Under the pieces are notes generated by a model. It had not been told where the DNA came from. It searched no databases and was given only the letters and a program-made list of their open reading frames with translations. From NCBI GenBank assembly GCA_965219415.1, contig CBDCNP010000002.1, positions 480,001 to 544,000 on the forward strand: 64,000 nt of DNA. The letters run 5' to 3'. Of the stretch, positions 1 to 9,861 are shown piece by piece. Made by a program: the position numbers and the translations under genes. The stretch comes from Candidatus Marinacidobacterales bacterium (GTDB lineage: Bacteria > Acidobacteriota > Vicinamibacteria > Marinacidobacterales > DATDRI01). How positions within the stretch are numbered: position 1 is the stretch's first letter; each line of letters starts with the position of its first letter.

Positions 1-1942
1 AGAAGGAAGCCCCTCGGGGAATCGTCTGCACCGACTGCCCGGCGAGCTGGATGCCACCTAACTCCGGTGTGAACGCGATCACCTCGGCAACGCTCACATC
101 GTAGAACCGACCCCAGCCGGCGCGGACTATGGTCCTTCCTTCGTTCTTCAAGTCCCAGGCGATTCCAGTCCGCCATGCAACACCCCCCGTATCGAAGAGG
201 CTGGCGTAGTCCCAGCGGACGCCAAGATTCAGAGTCAGCCCGGGTCTCGGCTCCCACGAATCCTGCCCGTACGCGGCCCAGTTGTTGGTGCTGCCGATGG
301 CGCGGTTGTTGTCAGGGCCCTGGCCCTCCACGATGATGTTGTTCCCGACTTGGGAGCTGATGTCGTAACCCAGCCTCTCGAAGTTCGTGTCGAGAGCCGA
401 ATTGCCGATAATGATGGACTGCGGTGGTGTGAAGAAATGATCGATCGCCACGTGATCCAGGTCTATGCCAAACTTGAAGGCATGACTGCCCGTGCTCTCC
501 GAGTCCATGAAGTACGACAAATGCTCCTGCCATTGCCACCGCTCTTGTTGGCGATCGATCTGCCCCACTCCGGACGAATTGGACACGAAGATCTGGAAAT
601 TGGGGACGAATACGAGCGGGAACAGCTGCTCCGCAGACGCCGGTTTCTCGGCATTCTCCAGGTAGTCGCTCTTCCAATAACGGAGCGACGACTCCAGGAA
701 CGAGCTGTCGCTGAAGAAACTGGTGTAGCGTCCGTTGATGCTATTGGTGTTCCGGTCGATGTCGGAGGCCGTCGAGGGAAGCGTGACCGTCCCCGGCGGC
801 GGAGAGCCGAACAAGGCCTCAGCCGGCGGTTGGAAGTCATTATCCGATCGGCGGTTCAGGTTCCAGGTCACGAACATCTGGTTCTTGGCGTTGAAACGGT
901 GATCGAACTTGAAGAGGTTCGTGATCCTCCTCTGCTGAGGGACCGCGTCCAGCGGCTCACCCCCCGTGGCGGGCGAAAAATAGCCGGCCTGGACGATCGG
1001 GGTCAGAATCGACTGGTCCAAGTTGGCCCCCCGGTCTTCCTTTACATACTGGAACGCATCGAAGAAGAACGTCTTGTCGGTCTTGATCGGGCCACCAATG
1101 GTGCCACCGACTTCGATACGCTCCAACGCGGGAGGATCCTGCCCCTCGACGTTCGACGAGTTCAGAGAGTCGTCGCGGATGAAGAAGAAGCCCCGAGCAT
1201 CGACCTGGTTGGTCCCGGAACGGGTGACGATGCTGGTCACAGCACCGGAAGCGCGCCCGTACTCTGCCGGATATCCAGCCAAAAAGACCTTGAACTCCTG
1301 GATCGCGTCCTGGACGAAGAACTCCGCGGCCCCCCGTGTCCAGAGGTCGTTGGCGTCGTTACCGTCGATCAGGAACGAGTTCGCGATCGCCCGCTCCCCG
1401 AAGACCGTGAAGGTTGTCCCCTGGTCTGATGACGAGGGACGCTTCGCCACACCGGGTACGAGCTCCACCAGGTCCAGAAACTCACGACCCTTGAGCGGAA
1501 TGTTGTCGATGGTCGTGTTGTCGATAGGAACGCCGAGGCCCGATTCCTTGACCCGGACCGGCGCCGAATCCGCCATCACGGTGATCGTCTCCTCCACGCC
1601 CGCGAGCTGAAGGACAACGGCTATCCGGACGGTCGTCCCGACCGGGACGACGATTTCCGTCACGGTCTCAGTCGCGAAGCCGGAGAGCTCGACCGTGATG
1701 GAGTAGGTCCCGGCCTGGACACCCGGAATACGGTAGGCGCCTTGAGCGTCGGTCGTCACCGTGACGGTGCCGCGAACCAGCGCCGGGCTGGTGGCGGTCA
1801 CACTCGCACCAGGCAAAACGGCGCCGCCCTGGTCGCTGACCGTCCCCTGGATAACACCGGTAATACCCTGCGCCGAAGCCATAGATGCGGTGGCCACGAT
1901 CATCAAAGCTAAGATAAAGGTACGTAGAAACAATGGTTTCAT
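1..1942 (-). CDS. TonB-dependent receptor with N-terminal carboxypeptidase-regulatory-like domain (Oar type); runs off the window edge
   Basis: Manual translation: MKPLFLRTFILALMIVATASMASAQGITGVIQGTVSDQGGAVLPGASVT...GREFLDLVELVPGV...DAIQEFKVFLAGYPAEYGRASGAVTSIVTRSGTN. ATG at 1942, AGGAG RBS at 1951-1955. Missing from the ORF track because there is no stop in the window. Confidence 0.93.
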   Translation of the reverse strand, partial: MKPLFLRTFILALMIVATASMASAQGITGVIQGTVSDQGGAVLPGASVTATSPALVRGTVTVTTDAQGAYRIPGVQAGTYSITVELSGFATETVTEIVVPVGTTVRIAVVLQLAGVEETITVMADSAPVRVKESGLGVPIDNTTIDNIPLKGREFLDLVELVPGVAKRPSSSDQGTTFTVFGERAIANSFLIDGNDANDLWTRGAAEFFVQDAIQEFKVFLAGYPAEYGRASGAVTSIVTRSGTNQVDARGFFFIRDDSLNSSNVEGQDPPALERIEVGGTIGGPIKTDKTFFFDAFQYVKEDRGANLDQSILTPIVQAGYFSPATGGEPLDAVPQQRRITNLFKFDHRFNAKNQMFVTWNLNRRSDNDFQPPAEALFGSPPPGTVTLPSTASDIDRNTNSINGRYTSFFSDSSFLESSLRYWKSDYLENAEKPASAEQLFPLVFVPNFQIFVSNSSGVGQIDRQQERWQWQEHLSYFMDSESTGSHAFKFGIDLDHVAIDHFFTPPQSIIIGNSALDTNFERLGYDISSQVGNNIIVEGQGPDNNRAIGSTNNWAAYGQDSWEPRPGLTLNLGVRWDYASLFDTGGVAWRTGIAWDLKNEGRTIVRAGWGRFYDVSVAEVIAFTPELGGIQLAGQSVQTIPRGASF

Positions 1943-2120
1943 CGATGATTCTCCTATTGGGGGCGATTGTGAATAGCCCCATGACGCACCGATTCGCCTT
2001 GGGAAAACCTTTGGTGAGGGGGTAAAAGCAAGAATATCGGCTGTTGACCCACCATGGCGCTCTCGGCCGGCGACGATAGAGTCCCAGCATCGAGACCCTT
2101 CCTCCGGGCATACCCGCGGG

Positions 2121-2149
2121 ATCCTAAGCGGTTCATCCACCGCAGTCAA
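2121..2149 (-). promoter_or_regulatory. Putative sigma70 promoter for the TonB receptor
   Basis: Minus strand TTGACT-17 nt-TAGGAT, about 180 nt upstream of the ATG. Confidence 0.5.
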
Positions 2150-2174
2150 GTGGTTTATGGCCGGGAGGTAACTA

Positions 2175-2888
2175 CTATTTCACCTGAAAACTCGCTCCGT
2201 CCGACAGGGTGAGTCTCTGACCATCGAAGGTCGCTTTTGTTGTCTCATCGCGGCGGTAGGAGACTTTGGAGCCTTTAGCCTCTGCCCAGCGCAGCACCTT
2301 AAGGTTGTAGGACTCTCCCTGGCGCTCGAAAGCGCCGCAACCTGTGACCACACCGCCCTCTCGGGCCGCGACCAACAGGAAGCGACCGTCGACGAATGCC
2401 AACATCCCACCCACCAGCTCATGGATCTCGCCGACACCTTCACCGAGTCGTTTGAACGTCTGCACCGTCCCGCTCCCAAACGTGAGCGTTAGCTCGTCCC
2501 CCGAGCGCTCCACCAATAGCTGGTGCTCCGTCCTCCCGCGCTCTGAGAAAGCTGGCGCTTTCTTCGGCGAGACGCTGATGGTTTGCTCGGCCACCATCTC
2601 GATGCCGTCCGGACCATGCCGGTAGGTCCCCGCGTGAGCCATCGCTCCCTGCGTCTCGAAGGGCTCTCCGTCGTTGATGGACTGCTGGACGAACTTCCCA
2701 TCCTTGAAGACGAACATCCCAGTCAGAGAAAACTCCCCTTGCCCCCGCGGCGTGAGACCGGTGTAGGCCCAAAGTCCTTCCGCGCCTTCGCTCGCGGACT
2801 CCGGGGCTTGCGCCGTCGCGCCCGCCTCGAGCGCAATCGACACGGCTAGCACATACAGCAACAGGAAAGACTTGATTGCTTTTCTCAT
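2175..2888 (-). CDS. Secreted hypothetical protein, probably beta-rich
   Basis: 237-aa ORF with signal peptide, GAGGGG RBS and two internally similar beta-strand halves. Confidence 0.7.
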   Translation of the reverse strand: MRKAIKSFLLLYVLAVSIALEAGATAQAPESASEGAEGLWAYTGLTPRGQGEFSLTGMFVFKDGKFVQQSINDGEPFETQGAMAHAGTYRHGPDGIEMVAEQTISVSPKKAPAFSERGRTEHQLLVERSGDELTLTFGSGTVQTFKRLGEGVGEIHELVGGMLAFVDGRFLLVAAREGGVVTGCGAFERQGESYNLKVLRWAEAKGSKVSYRRDETTKATFDGQRLTLSDGASFQVK

Positions 2889-2953
2889 TGATTCCCCTCA
2901 TGGGTTCGACTTGACGGCAACAGGCTCATCAGCTATGCAAGCATGAGGTTAGC

Positions 2954-3871
2954 ATGCACAAGACGACTTTGCTGGCAATGGGCCTCGCGTGTTTTCACTT
3001 AAGCACGGCGGCCGCGCAAGACCGATCCACATACGCTACGCACCTGAACGCGTCGAGCTCCGGAATCGACTGGATCGCTTTCTACGACGAGATTGACGCG
3101 TTGACGGCAGAAACGCGAAAGGAGCTCCGGCATCATCTCGATCTTCCATACGGCGAGGACCCGAAGCAAAAGCTCGACTTGTACCTTCCCCAGCCCGAAA
3201 TGTCCGAAACGGCCGGCCCGGTCTACATCTTCATTCACGGCGGAGGATTCGTCGAAGGCGACCGTGTGCACTATGGCTACGTGGCTCGGCCACTCGCGGC
3301 GCAGGGGATCGTGACGGTGGTGATGAGCTACCGGCTCTCCCCGGCCCACTACCCCGACCAACTTCACGATGTCCAAGACGTATTGGGCTGGGTGTATCGG
3401 AACATCGAAAAGTACGGTGGCGACCCTTCACAAATTTACGTTGGCGGTCACTCGGCAGGCGCAATCCTGTCGGCCTTCGTCTCGGTAGACAGCACCTGGC
3501 TTTCCTCGACGTCTCTTCCGGACGATCTCATCAAGGGCTATGTTCCAATCAGCGGGCCCTATGATCTCCGCAAGCCGGGCGGTTTCGTTGACAACTATCT
3601 ACCCGACGATGCCATGCGCACCGAGGCGAGCCCGATTCTCAATATCCAGAACGTCGCTCCGAAGGCCGTTGTGGCGGTTGGCACGCTCGAGAAACCGTAC
3701 CTCGAATCATCGAAGGCATTTGTGGAAGCGCTTCGTGCGGATGGTGGCGATGCAAAACTTCTCGTGCTCGAGGACATGGCTCATGATGCCACCGCATTGA
3801 CCGCGGGTGACGAGGATGGCCCTCTCGTCCGAGCCTTGATCGAGCTGATCGAGTCCAACCGTCAGAACTAG
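2954..3871 (+). CDS. Secreted alpha/beta hydrolase (HSL/kynurenine formamidase-like)
   Basis: Signal peptide, QKLDLY, HGGG oxyanion motif, GHSAG nucleophile. Confidence 0.88.
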   Translation: MHKTTLLAMGLACFHLSTAAAQDRSTYATHLNASSSGIDWIAFYDEIDALTAETRKELRHHLDLPYGEDPKQKLDLYLPQPEMSETAGPVYIFIHGGGFVEGDRVHYGYVARPLAAQGIVTVVMSYRLSPAHYPDQLHDVQDVLGWVYRNIEKYGGDPSQIYVGGHSAGAILSAFVSVDSTWLSSTSLPDDLIKGYVPISGPYDLRKPGGFVDNYLPDDAMRTEASPILNIQNVAPKAVVAVGTLEKPYLESSKAFVEALRADGGDAKLLVLEDMAHDATALTAGDEDGPLVRALIELIESNRQN

Positions 3872-3913
3872 TGCCGTTCCAACTAACGTCGCCGAGCACG
3901 TTGGCTGGTCTGT

Positions 3914-3952
3914 CCCCCTCACCCTCCCCTCTCCCCAAAAAGGGGAGAGGGA
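3914..3952 (+). repeat. REP-like palindromic element, copy 1
   Basis: CCCCTCACCCTCCCCTCTCCCC-AAAAA-GGGGAGAGGG hairpin; reverse-complement copy at 4444-4479. Confidence 0.75.
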
Positions 3953-4052
3953 AAAAAGGAACAAGACTTGTGCCGCCCCGCGAGCCCCATATAGAATCGG
4001 ACCAAGACGAAGGGCCAACCCAACTGGCCGAGCCTAACTCACGGAGCCATAC

Positions 4053-4442
4053 ATGTCCGCAAACAAGGATCTCACGAAGTCCATGTTCGAACGGTTCAAC
4101 GCGATGGATGCCGATGGCCTTTCGCCACTGGTCAGTGATGGCGTGAAACACAGCGCCCCGGGGACCCAGTTCGGTGTCGATCTCGAGGGGAAATCAATAT
4201 TCATCGCATATTTCCGCGAAAAAGTGTTCCCGAAGTTCGAGAAGGTCCACTTCATACCGGACAATATGTACGACGATGCCGAGGCCGGTGTGGTAGTGAC
4301 TGAATGGCACGGAGATTTCCTGACTAAGACGGGCAAGCCGTTCTCGAGCAAAGGCGTCTTCGTCGTGGCGATCACCGAGGGAAAGATCGATTGGGTACGC
4401 GAGTACTTCGACACCGAGAAAACCAAGAAAGCCATGAGCTAG
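4053..4442 (+). CDS. SnoaL-like / NTF2-fold protein
   Basis: 129 aa ending in GKIDWVREYFDT, typical of SnoaL/ketosteroid isomerase-like proteins. Confidence 0.85.
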   Translation: MSANKDLTKSMFERFNAMDADGLSPLVSDGVKHSAPGTQFGVDLEGKSIFIAYFREKVFPKFEKVHFIPDNMYDDAEAGVVVTEWHGDFLTKTGKPFSSKGVFVVAITEGKIDWVREYFDTEKTKKAMS

Positions 4443-4443
4443 G

Positions 4444-4479
4444 CCCCCTCTCCCCTCTGGGGAGAGGTTGGGTGAGGGG
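4444..4479 (-). repeat. REP-like palindromic element, copy 2 (inverted relative to copy 1)
   Basis: Reverse complement reads CCCCTCACCCAACCTCTCCCC-AGA-GGGGAGAGGGGG. Confidence 0.75.
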
Positions 4480-4505
4480 CCACGAACAACTAAGGAGGAC
4501 CGGAG

Positions 4506-6299
4506 ATGTCAGCACAAGCGAAAGAAAAGAGTGGCGGAGTCGATCCGATCACGCTGGCGGTGGTCCGGGGCGCACTCGAGACTACCCAGCGCCAGATGAC
4601 TCTGACCATGGAGAGAACCGGACGCTCGAGCGTCGTCGCCGTTTCGCGCGACTTCTCCAACGCCATCTTCGACTGGACTCCCGAGATGATTGTGCAAGGG
4701 CAGGATCTGCCGATTCACTTGGGCTCACTGATCTTGGCTACCCGAACCATCTCCGATTATTTCAAGGAAGACATCGAGCCCGGCGACGTGATCATCCACA
4801 ACGATCCCGTCTACGACGGAAGTCACACGTTGGACTGGTGCCAATACAAGCCGGTCTTCTTCGAGAACGAAATCGTCTTCTGGTTGGTTAGCAAAGGCCA
4901 CATGGCGGATGGAGGCGGACCCGTTCCGGGCGGTTACAACCCGGAAGCGACCGAGATTTACGCCGAGAGTTTGCGCATCCCGCCGATCAAGATCATCGAA
5001 GCCGGAAAGTTGAAGAAAGACCTCTTCAACCTCCTGGTGACGAACGTCCGCACGCGGGAGAACATATCCGGCGACCTCAGAGCGCAGCTCGGTGCACTCC
5101 GGGTAGGCGAGCGCAATCTACTCGCCCTTCTGAAGAAGTACGGAAAAGAAGAGGTCAAGGCGTGTGTGTCGGAACTCTTGAATCTCTCCGAACGTCACAT
5201 GCGTGAGCTGATCCAGGAGCTCCCTGATGGCGTCCACCAAGGACAAGCCATGATCGAAGACATCGGACACGGGTTGGGAGACAAGCCGGTCGATGTCGAG
5301 GTCGAGGTCACGGGAGATCGGATGAAGATCCGTTTGGAGGCGCCAGCTCAGATTCCCTTCTACACCAACTCCTATCGAGCTAACACCACGAGTGCGGTCT
5401 ACCTAGGGCTAGTCATGTTCATGAAGCCGGAGCCTCCCTACAACGAAGGCATGTACCGATCCATCGAGCTCGACTACGGCCCGCACGGAACCATGGTCAA
5501 CGCGAAGGAGCCGGCTCCTCATGTCGCGAGTACGACCTGTCCTGCGGAGACGGTTACCGATGCGGTCCGCAACACATTGGCGGCGGCCTACCCCGGCAGG
5601 GCCTCCGCCGGCTGGGGGCATTGCTCCTGCATCAACGTGTCCGGTATCGATCCCAGGACCCAAGCCGAATACGTCCATATGATGGTCTCGACGCTTTCCT
5701 GCGGCGCGGGCGCGGTAGAAGGGTTGGACGGATGGCACGGCGTCGGCCCGCAAGCAGGATTGGGAGGGGCCACCTGCGGTGAGCAGGAACAGCTCGAGTA
5801 CGGCTATCCGCTCATCGTTCACAACTACTCGATCACCAAGGACTCGGGCGCGGCGGGCAAGTACCGTGGGGGTTGCGGGACGACCTGCGAGGTGGAACCG
5901 GTCGGACACGAGATGACTGTGGTGGTGTGGGGTGAAGGTCGCAAGTATCCCGCGTCAAACACGGAAGGAGCGAAGTCGGTCTGGATCGACAACAAGATCT
6001 GCCAAGTCGAGTTGATCAAGAAAGACGGCACGGTGGAGACGATCCGCGAGAACAAGCTGCTCAAGATCGGACCGGGCGAGCGCATCCGCACCACTAGCGC
6101 CGGGGGTGGCGCGGTCGGTCCACCGTTGGAACGCGATCCCGAAGCAGTCGCCGACGACGTCCGGAACGAAAAAGTCTCTCCAGAGGGTGCCCGTGTCGAA
6201 TACGGCGTGGTCATCGATCCGAAAACGCTTCAAGTCGACGAGGCGGAAACCACGAAGCTGCGTGCCGAGTCGCGAGAGAAAGTGTCCCATGGGGTATAA
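4506..6299 (+). CDS. Hydantoinase B / oxoprolinase family protein
   Basis: DPITLAVV, RDFSNAIFD, PGDVIIHNDPVYDGSHTLD, HMADGGG, GAAGKYRGG motifs. Confidence 0.95.
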   Translation: MSAQAKEKSGGVDPITLAVVRGALETTQRQMTLTMERTGRSSVVAVSRDFSNAIFDWTPEMIVQGQDLPIHLGSLILATRTISDYFKEDIEPGDVIIHNDPVYDGSHTLDWCQYKPVFFENEIVFWLVSKGHMADGGGPVPGGYNPEATEIYAESLRIPPIKIIEAGKLKKDLFNLLVTNVRTRENISGDLRAQLGALRVGERNLLALLKKYGKEEVKACVSELLNLSERHMRELIQELPDGVHQGQAMIEDIGHGLGDKPVDVEVEVTGDRMKIRLEAPAQIPFYTNSYRANTTSAVYLGLVMFMKPEPPYNEGMYRSIELDYGPHGTMVNAKEPAPHVASTTCPAETVTDAVRNTLAAAYPGRASAGWGHCSCINVSGIDPRTQAEYVHMMVSTLSCGAGAVEGLDGWHGVGPQAGLGGATCGEQEQLEYGYPLIVHNYSITKDSGAAGKYRGGCGTTCEVEPVGHEMTVVVWGEGRKYPASNTEGAKSVWIDNKICQVELIKKDGTVETIRENKLLKIGPGERIRTTSAGGGAVGPPLERDPEAVADDVRNEKVSPEGARVEYGVVIDPKTLQVDEAETTKLRAESREKVSHGV

Positions 6300-8361
6300 G
6301 CTCGGGATCGACACCGGCGGCACGTTTACCGACTTCGTGGTCTTTCGCGAAGACGGTACTTGGGAGCTGTCGAAGACCGCCTCCACACCAGAGCACCCAC
6401 CGAAGTCGATCCGCGAAGGGCTCGTCCAAATCTGCGACGGCCTGAAAGTGGATCAGAAAGAATTCCTCGCCAACTGCGACTACATCATCTATGGAACGAC
6501 GGTCGGCCTGAACTCCTTGATTCAACACAAAGGCGCGAAGCTCGGTCTGTTTTGCACGAAAGGCCATCAAGATTCTCTCGAGCTCCGCTTAGCTCACAAG
6601 GAAGACGGACACCGTTACGACTTCTACTACCCACCGGCGGAGATGTTAGTTCCTCGCTGGCTCCGGGTCCCGGTGCAGGAACGGATCACCGCCGCCGGCG
6701 AGGTGTTGACGCCCCTCAAGGAAGAAGATGTCCGCGCCGGAATCGAAAAGTTCAAAGAGGCGGGTGTGGACTCGGTGGCGGTCTGTTTTCTGTGGTCCTT
6801 CCTGAATCCAGCACATGAAAAACGTGTGGGTGAAATCATCCGTGAGGAATTTCCCGACGCTTACCTGACACTCTCGGTCGATGTGTTGCCTCAAATCCGG
6901 GAGTACACCCGGGTCAGTACGACCGCGGTGAATGGTTTCATTGGGCCGGTGCTCCGAAACTCGATCCAAGAGATCGAGAGCATGTTGCACGACATGGGTT
7001 ATCGCAACCCGATCCGTTACATGCAATGCAACGGTGGGATCTCTTCGGGCGACTTTATTTCCCGCAAGGCGGTCTACGCCATCAACTCCGGGCCGGCGGC
7101 GGGCCCGACGGCGAGTCTCTTTTTCGGAGAGCGGGCCGAGCTGAGCAGTCTTTTGACCCTCGATATGGGAGGTACCAGCACCGACATCAGCATCGTTCAG
7201 GACGGCCAGGTGGACATCGTCAAGAACTTGGAGGTCGAGAGGTACTTGCTGGGTATTCCGCTGGTGAACGTCGTCAATATTGGCGCCGGCGGCGGGAGCA
7301 TTGCCTGGCTCGACTCCAAACGTATCTTGAGAGTGGGACCGCAAAGCGCGGAAGCAAACCCGGGACCGGCCTGCTACGGCCGGGGGGGTACCGAGGCGAC
7401 GGTCACCGATGCGCTCAGCGTCCTGGGTTACCTCAACCCCGACTACCTCTTGGCGGGCGCCTTCAAGCTCGATCGGGATGCCGCCCACCGTGCGGTGCGC
7501 GAGAAAGTCGCGGAGCCTTTGGGTCTCACGATGGAACGAGCCGCGCTTGGTGTCTTCGACGTGGTCAACTCCAACATGATCGGGGGGATTCGAGCCGTTT
7601 CCGTCGAGAGGGGCTACGATCCTCGCGACTTCGTCTTCGTGGCCGGAGGCGGTGCCACCAGCGCGTTCATCGGTCGGCTCGCCGCCGACCTGGACGTCGA
7701 GCGCGTCCTGATTCCGAAAGTGGCATCGGGCCTATGCGCCTTCGGAGAAGCGATCGCCGACGTCAAACACAGCCACATGGCGACTTATATCACCCACTTC
7801 TCCAAACTGGACCTCGGTCGCCTGAACCGCATTCTTTCAGACCTCGAGTCCCTGGGCCGGAAGGATCTCGAAGAAGAAGGGTTCGCCCCCGAGGACATCA
7901 CGATCCAACGTTCCATGGAGATCCGATACGCCGACCAAATACACGAATGCACGGTGCCGATTCCGTTCCAGGGCGAGCTCTCCGAAGAGTACGTCGGCAA
8001 GGTCAAAGAGCTGTTCCACCGCCGGCACGAGGAAATCTACACCTACTGCGAGCCCGATAATGAGCCGGAGTTGGTCAACATGGAAGTGAACGCGATCGGA
8101 TTAACGCGCGCGTCCAGCCGCGCCGTCGGCCAGGTCGATGGAAACGGCGCGGCCGGAGGCGGGGTGACCGCGAAGCGTCGCGCCTATTTCCACGAGCACA
8201 AAGACTATGTGGAAGTTTCGGTCTATGACGGGCGGCAAGTAAAGGTTGGACAGAGCATCGCCGGCCCCGCGATCATCGAAGAACCGACGACGACCATCGT
8301 GGTCTTCCCCGATTGGAAAATCGAACTGAAGCCGGCCAGTTACTATCTGATGACTCGTTGA
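6289..8361 (+). CDS. Hydantoinase A / oxoprolinase family protein
   Basis: Start at ATG 6289 overlapping the upstream stop. GIDTGGTFTD, SGPAAG, DMGGTSTD, GAGGGSIA, VGPQSA motifs. Confidence 0.95.
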   Translation: MGYKLGIDTGGTFTDFVVFREDGTWELSKTASTPEHPPKSIREGLVQICDGLKVDQKEFLANCDYIIYGTTVGLNSLIQHKGAKLGLFCTKGHQDSLELRLAHKEDGHRYDFYYPPAEMLVPRWLRVPVQERITAAGEVLTPLKEEDVRAGIEKFKEAGVDSVAVCFLWSFLNPAHEKRVGEIIREEFPDAYLTLSVDVLPQIREYTRVSTTAVNGFIGPVLRNSIQEIESMLHDMGYRNPIRYMQCNGGISSGDFISRKAVYAINSGPAAGPTASLFFGERAELSSLLTLDMGGTSTDISIVQDGQVDIVKNLEVERYLLGIPLVNVVNIGAGGGSIAWLDSKRILRVGPQSAEANPGPACYGRGGTEATVTDALSVLGYLNPDYLLAGAFKLDRDAAHRAVREKVAEPLGLTMERAALGVFDVVNSNMIGGIRAVSVERGYDPRDFVFVAGGGATSAFIGRLAADLDVERVLIPKVASGLCAFGEAIADVKHSHMATYITHFSKLDLGRLNRILSDLESLGRKDLEEEGFAPEDITIQRSMEIRYADQIHECTVPIPFQGELSEEYVGKVKELFHRRHEEIYTYCEPDNEPELVNMEVNAIGLTRASSRAVGQVDGNGAAGGGVTAKRRAYFHEHKDYVEVSVYDGRQVKVGQSIAGPAIIEEPTTTIVVFPDWKIELKPASYYLMTR

Positions 8362-8398
8362 TTACGGCCACCCGGATCAACAAACCGATCGCACCAAA

Positions 8399-8966
8399 CT
8401 AAGAAGCGGTGGGTGTGAGTCCCAGAAACTCCGTCTCGACGTATCGGAAATCCTCGTCCATCCTGTCCTGCTCGTCGCGATCGAACGTTTCGCGAGCCTC
8501 ACGATACCTCTCTCGCAGAACCTCTGGCAGGATGCGAGCGTTGTCGCAGACGTCGCGAATGTCCTCACGGTCCTTGGGTCCAAACCGCTTGGGACCAAGC
8601 TTGCTGACCACAAGGTCGTAAGGATCCAGCACGTGGACGCGCAAGTTCTCGAGGTCAGGAATGTCGACCAATCGGCTACACGCTCTCCATCCCAGCGCAT
8701 GGGGGAACATACCCTCGGTCCAAGTAGTAGCGTGTGACTCGGTGAATGTCAGAGTTCCGACCCGCGGCTCTGCGAAGCTCTCCTAGGGTTTCCTCCGGAC
8801 TTCCGATCGCGTCAACGTCCACCGTCGCCTGTCGTCCACCGTAGGCTAGCAGAACCGCCGCGCCGCCACCAAGGTAGAGGTCGAGTTTCCTTGGCGGCTT
8901 CAAGAGGGCATCCACTTTTCTTAAGAACCCAACGATGGACTCTCCACTGGAGCTGATAAGAATCAC
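8399..8966 (-). pseudogene. DUF6036-like nucleotidyltransferase (type IV toxin-like), split by a frameshift near 8710
   Basis: 8676-8966 carries LYLGGGAAVLLAYGGRQATVDVD. 8399-8710 carries LDPYDLVVSKL...KDREDI. Together they form one NTase; the indel may be a sequencing error. Confidence 0.75.
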
Positions 8967-9706
8967 GGGGCACCCAGGATGGTACGAGCACGTGTCAGAA
9001 AATCATCAAGCGATAGGTCGAGAGCGATTCTCCATCGACGACTCACAGCCGGAGAATCTCCCGGGGTACGGTCGGCGAAGATTACTGGCTCGACGACCTC
9101 TTCTCGCCCCGCGCCCTGTCTCACTTCAGTCCACACGGTCCTCCAGGCTGCGTGAACGTTTGCGGCGGCGTCTGGGTGGATCCAACGGACCTCGAGCTTC
9201 CGCGAGATGATCTCTGCCACTTCGCTCAGCCAGCCGACACGCTGCAATGTGCCATAGCGTTTGGCCGATGCCACCAGCTCGGGGGCGGCGAAGTCGTTCC
9301 GTAGAAGTAGAGCGGGCACCGCTTCGATGAGCCGTACTGCTGCGCGGTCCCTTACGCTCTCCGGAACCACGTCTTCGAACGCTCGCACCTCTCCGAGAAC
9401 TGGGCGTCCCGAGATGCTCAGGTCTCTGAGCCCCCAATGGAAAAGTTGAGCAGCCAGAGCACGACCGTCCGTGCCGGTGCGCAGGCGTCCCGTCGCAAAG
9501 TACAGAAGAGGCCACCCGAACTTTTCCGCAAGCAGGCACATGTCACCGAAACTGGGCTGCGAGCGGTTGGTTTCGAAACGGGACAAACTTGCTGCAGAAA
9601 TGCCGGTCAGGTCCGCGGCGTCTTTCAATGTGAGCCCCGCGTCGTTACGGGCCGTCCGGAGACGAGGGCCAATCGGCTCGTGTTTTCTTGGGCTTCGGCG
9701 GGGCAT
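8963..9706 (-). CDS. XRE-family HTH protein with extended C-terminal domain (putative antitoxin/regulator)
   Basis: IGPRLRTARNDAGLTLKDAADLTGISAASLSRFETNRSQPS; stop overlaps the start of the NTase gene. Confidence 0.85.
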   Translation of the reverse strand: MPRRSPRKHEPIGPRLRTARNDAGLTLKDAADLTGISAASLSRFETNRSQPSFGDMCLLAEKFGWPLLYFATGRLRTGTDGRALAAQLFHWGLRDLSISGRPVLGEVRAFEDVVPESVRDRAAVRLIEAVPALLLRNDFAAPELVASAKRYGTLQRVGWLSEVAEIISRKLEVRWIHPDAAANVHAAWRTVWTEVRQGAGREEVVEPVIFADRTPGDSPAVSRRWRIALDLSLDDFLTRARTILGAP

Positions 9707-9720
9707 CTCGTATTTCCTCT

Positions 9721-9793
9721 ATTCCTTTATAGCACGTCTATTCCTATAAAGCAATAATATTCCTTTACGGTAATACACTTGCCTTATAGGAAT
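9721..9793. promoter_or_regulatory. Array of four 16-bp imperfect palindromes with 19-bp period (putative XRE operators)
   Basis: ATTCCTTTATAGCACG (9721), ATTCCTATAAAGCAAT (9740), ATTCCTTTACGGTAAT (9759), CTTGCCTTATAGGAAT (9778), directly upstream of the XRE gene. Confidence 0.75.
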
Positions 9794-9861
9794 GACACTT
9801 GGGGATCACTCTCGTAAAACGTTTGAATAGAATTACTTACGGGGTATGCTGCTTTTTCTCC

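Noticed and set aside
350-1429. 359-aa plus-strand ORF and other long opposite-strand ORFs (12415-14094, 21099-22079, 23393-24754, 35312-36568, 40284-41162, 48956-50101)
   Set aside because: They are antisense shadows of well-supported genes in GC-rich DNA and carry no recognisable motifs.
1943-2120. Riboswitch in the long TonB receptor leader
   Set aside because: No cobalamin, TPP, FMN or SAM consensus recognisable by eye; an Rfam scan would be needed.
9721-9793. CRISPR-like array
   Set aside because: Repeats are 16 bp with 3-bp gaps, there are no spacers and no cas genes; this fits operator sites.
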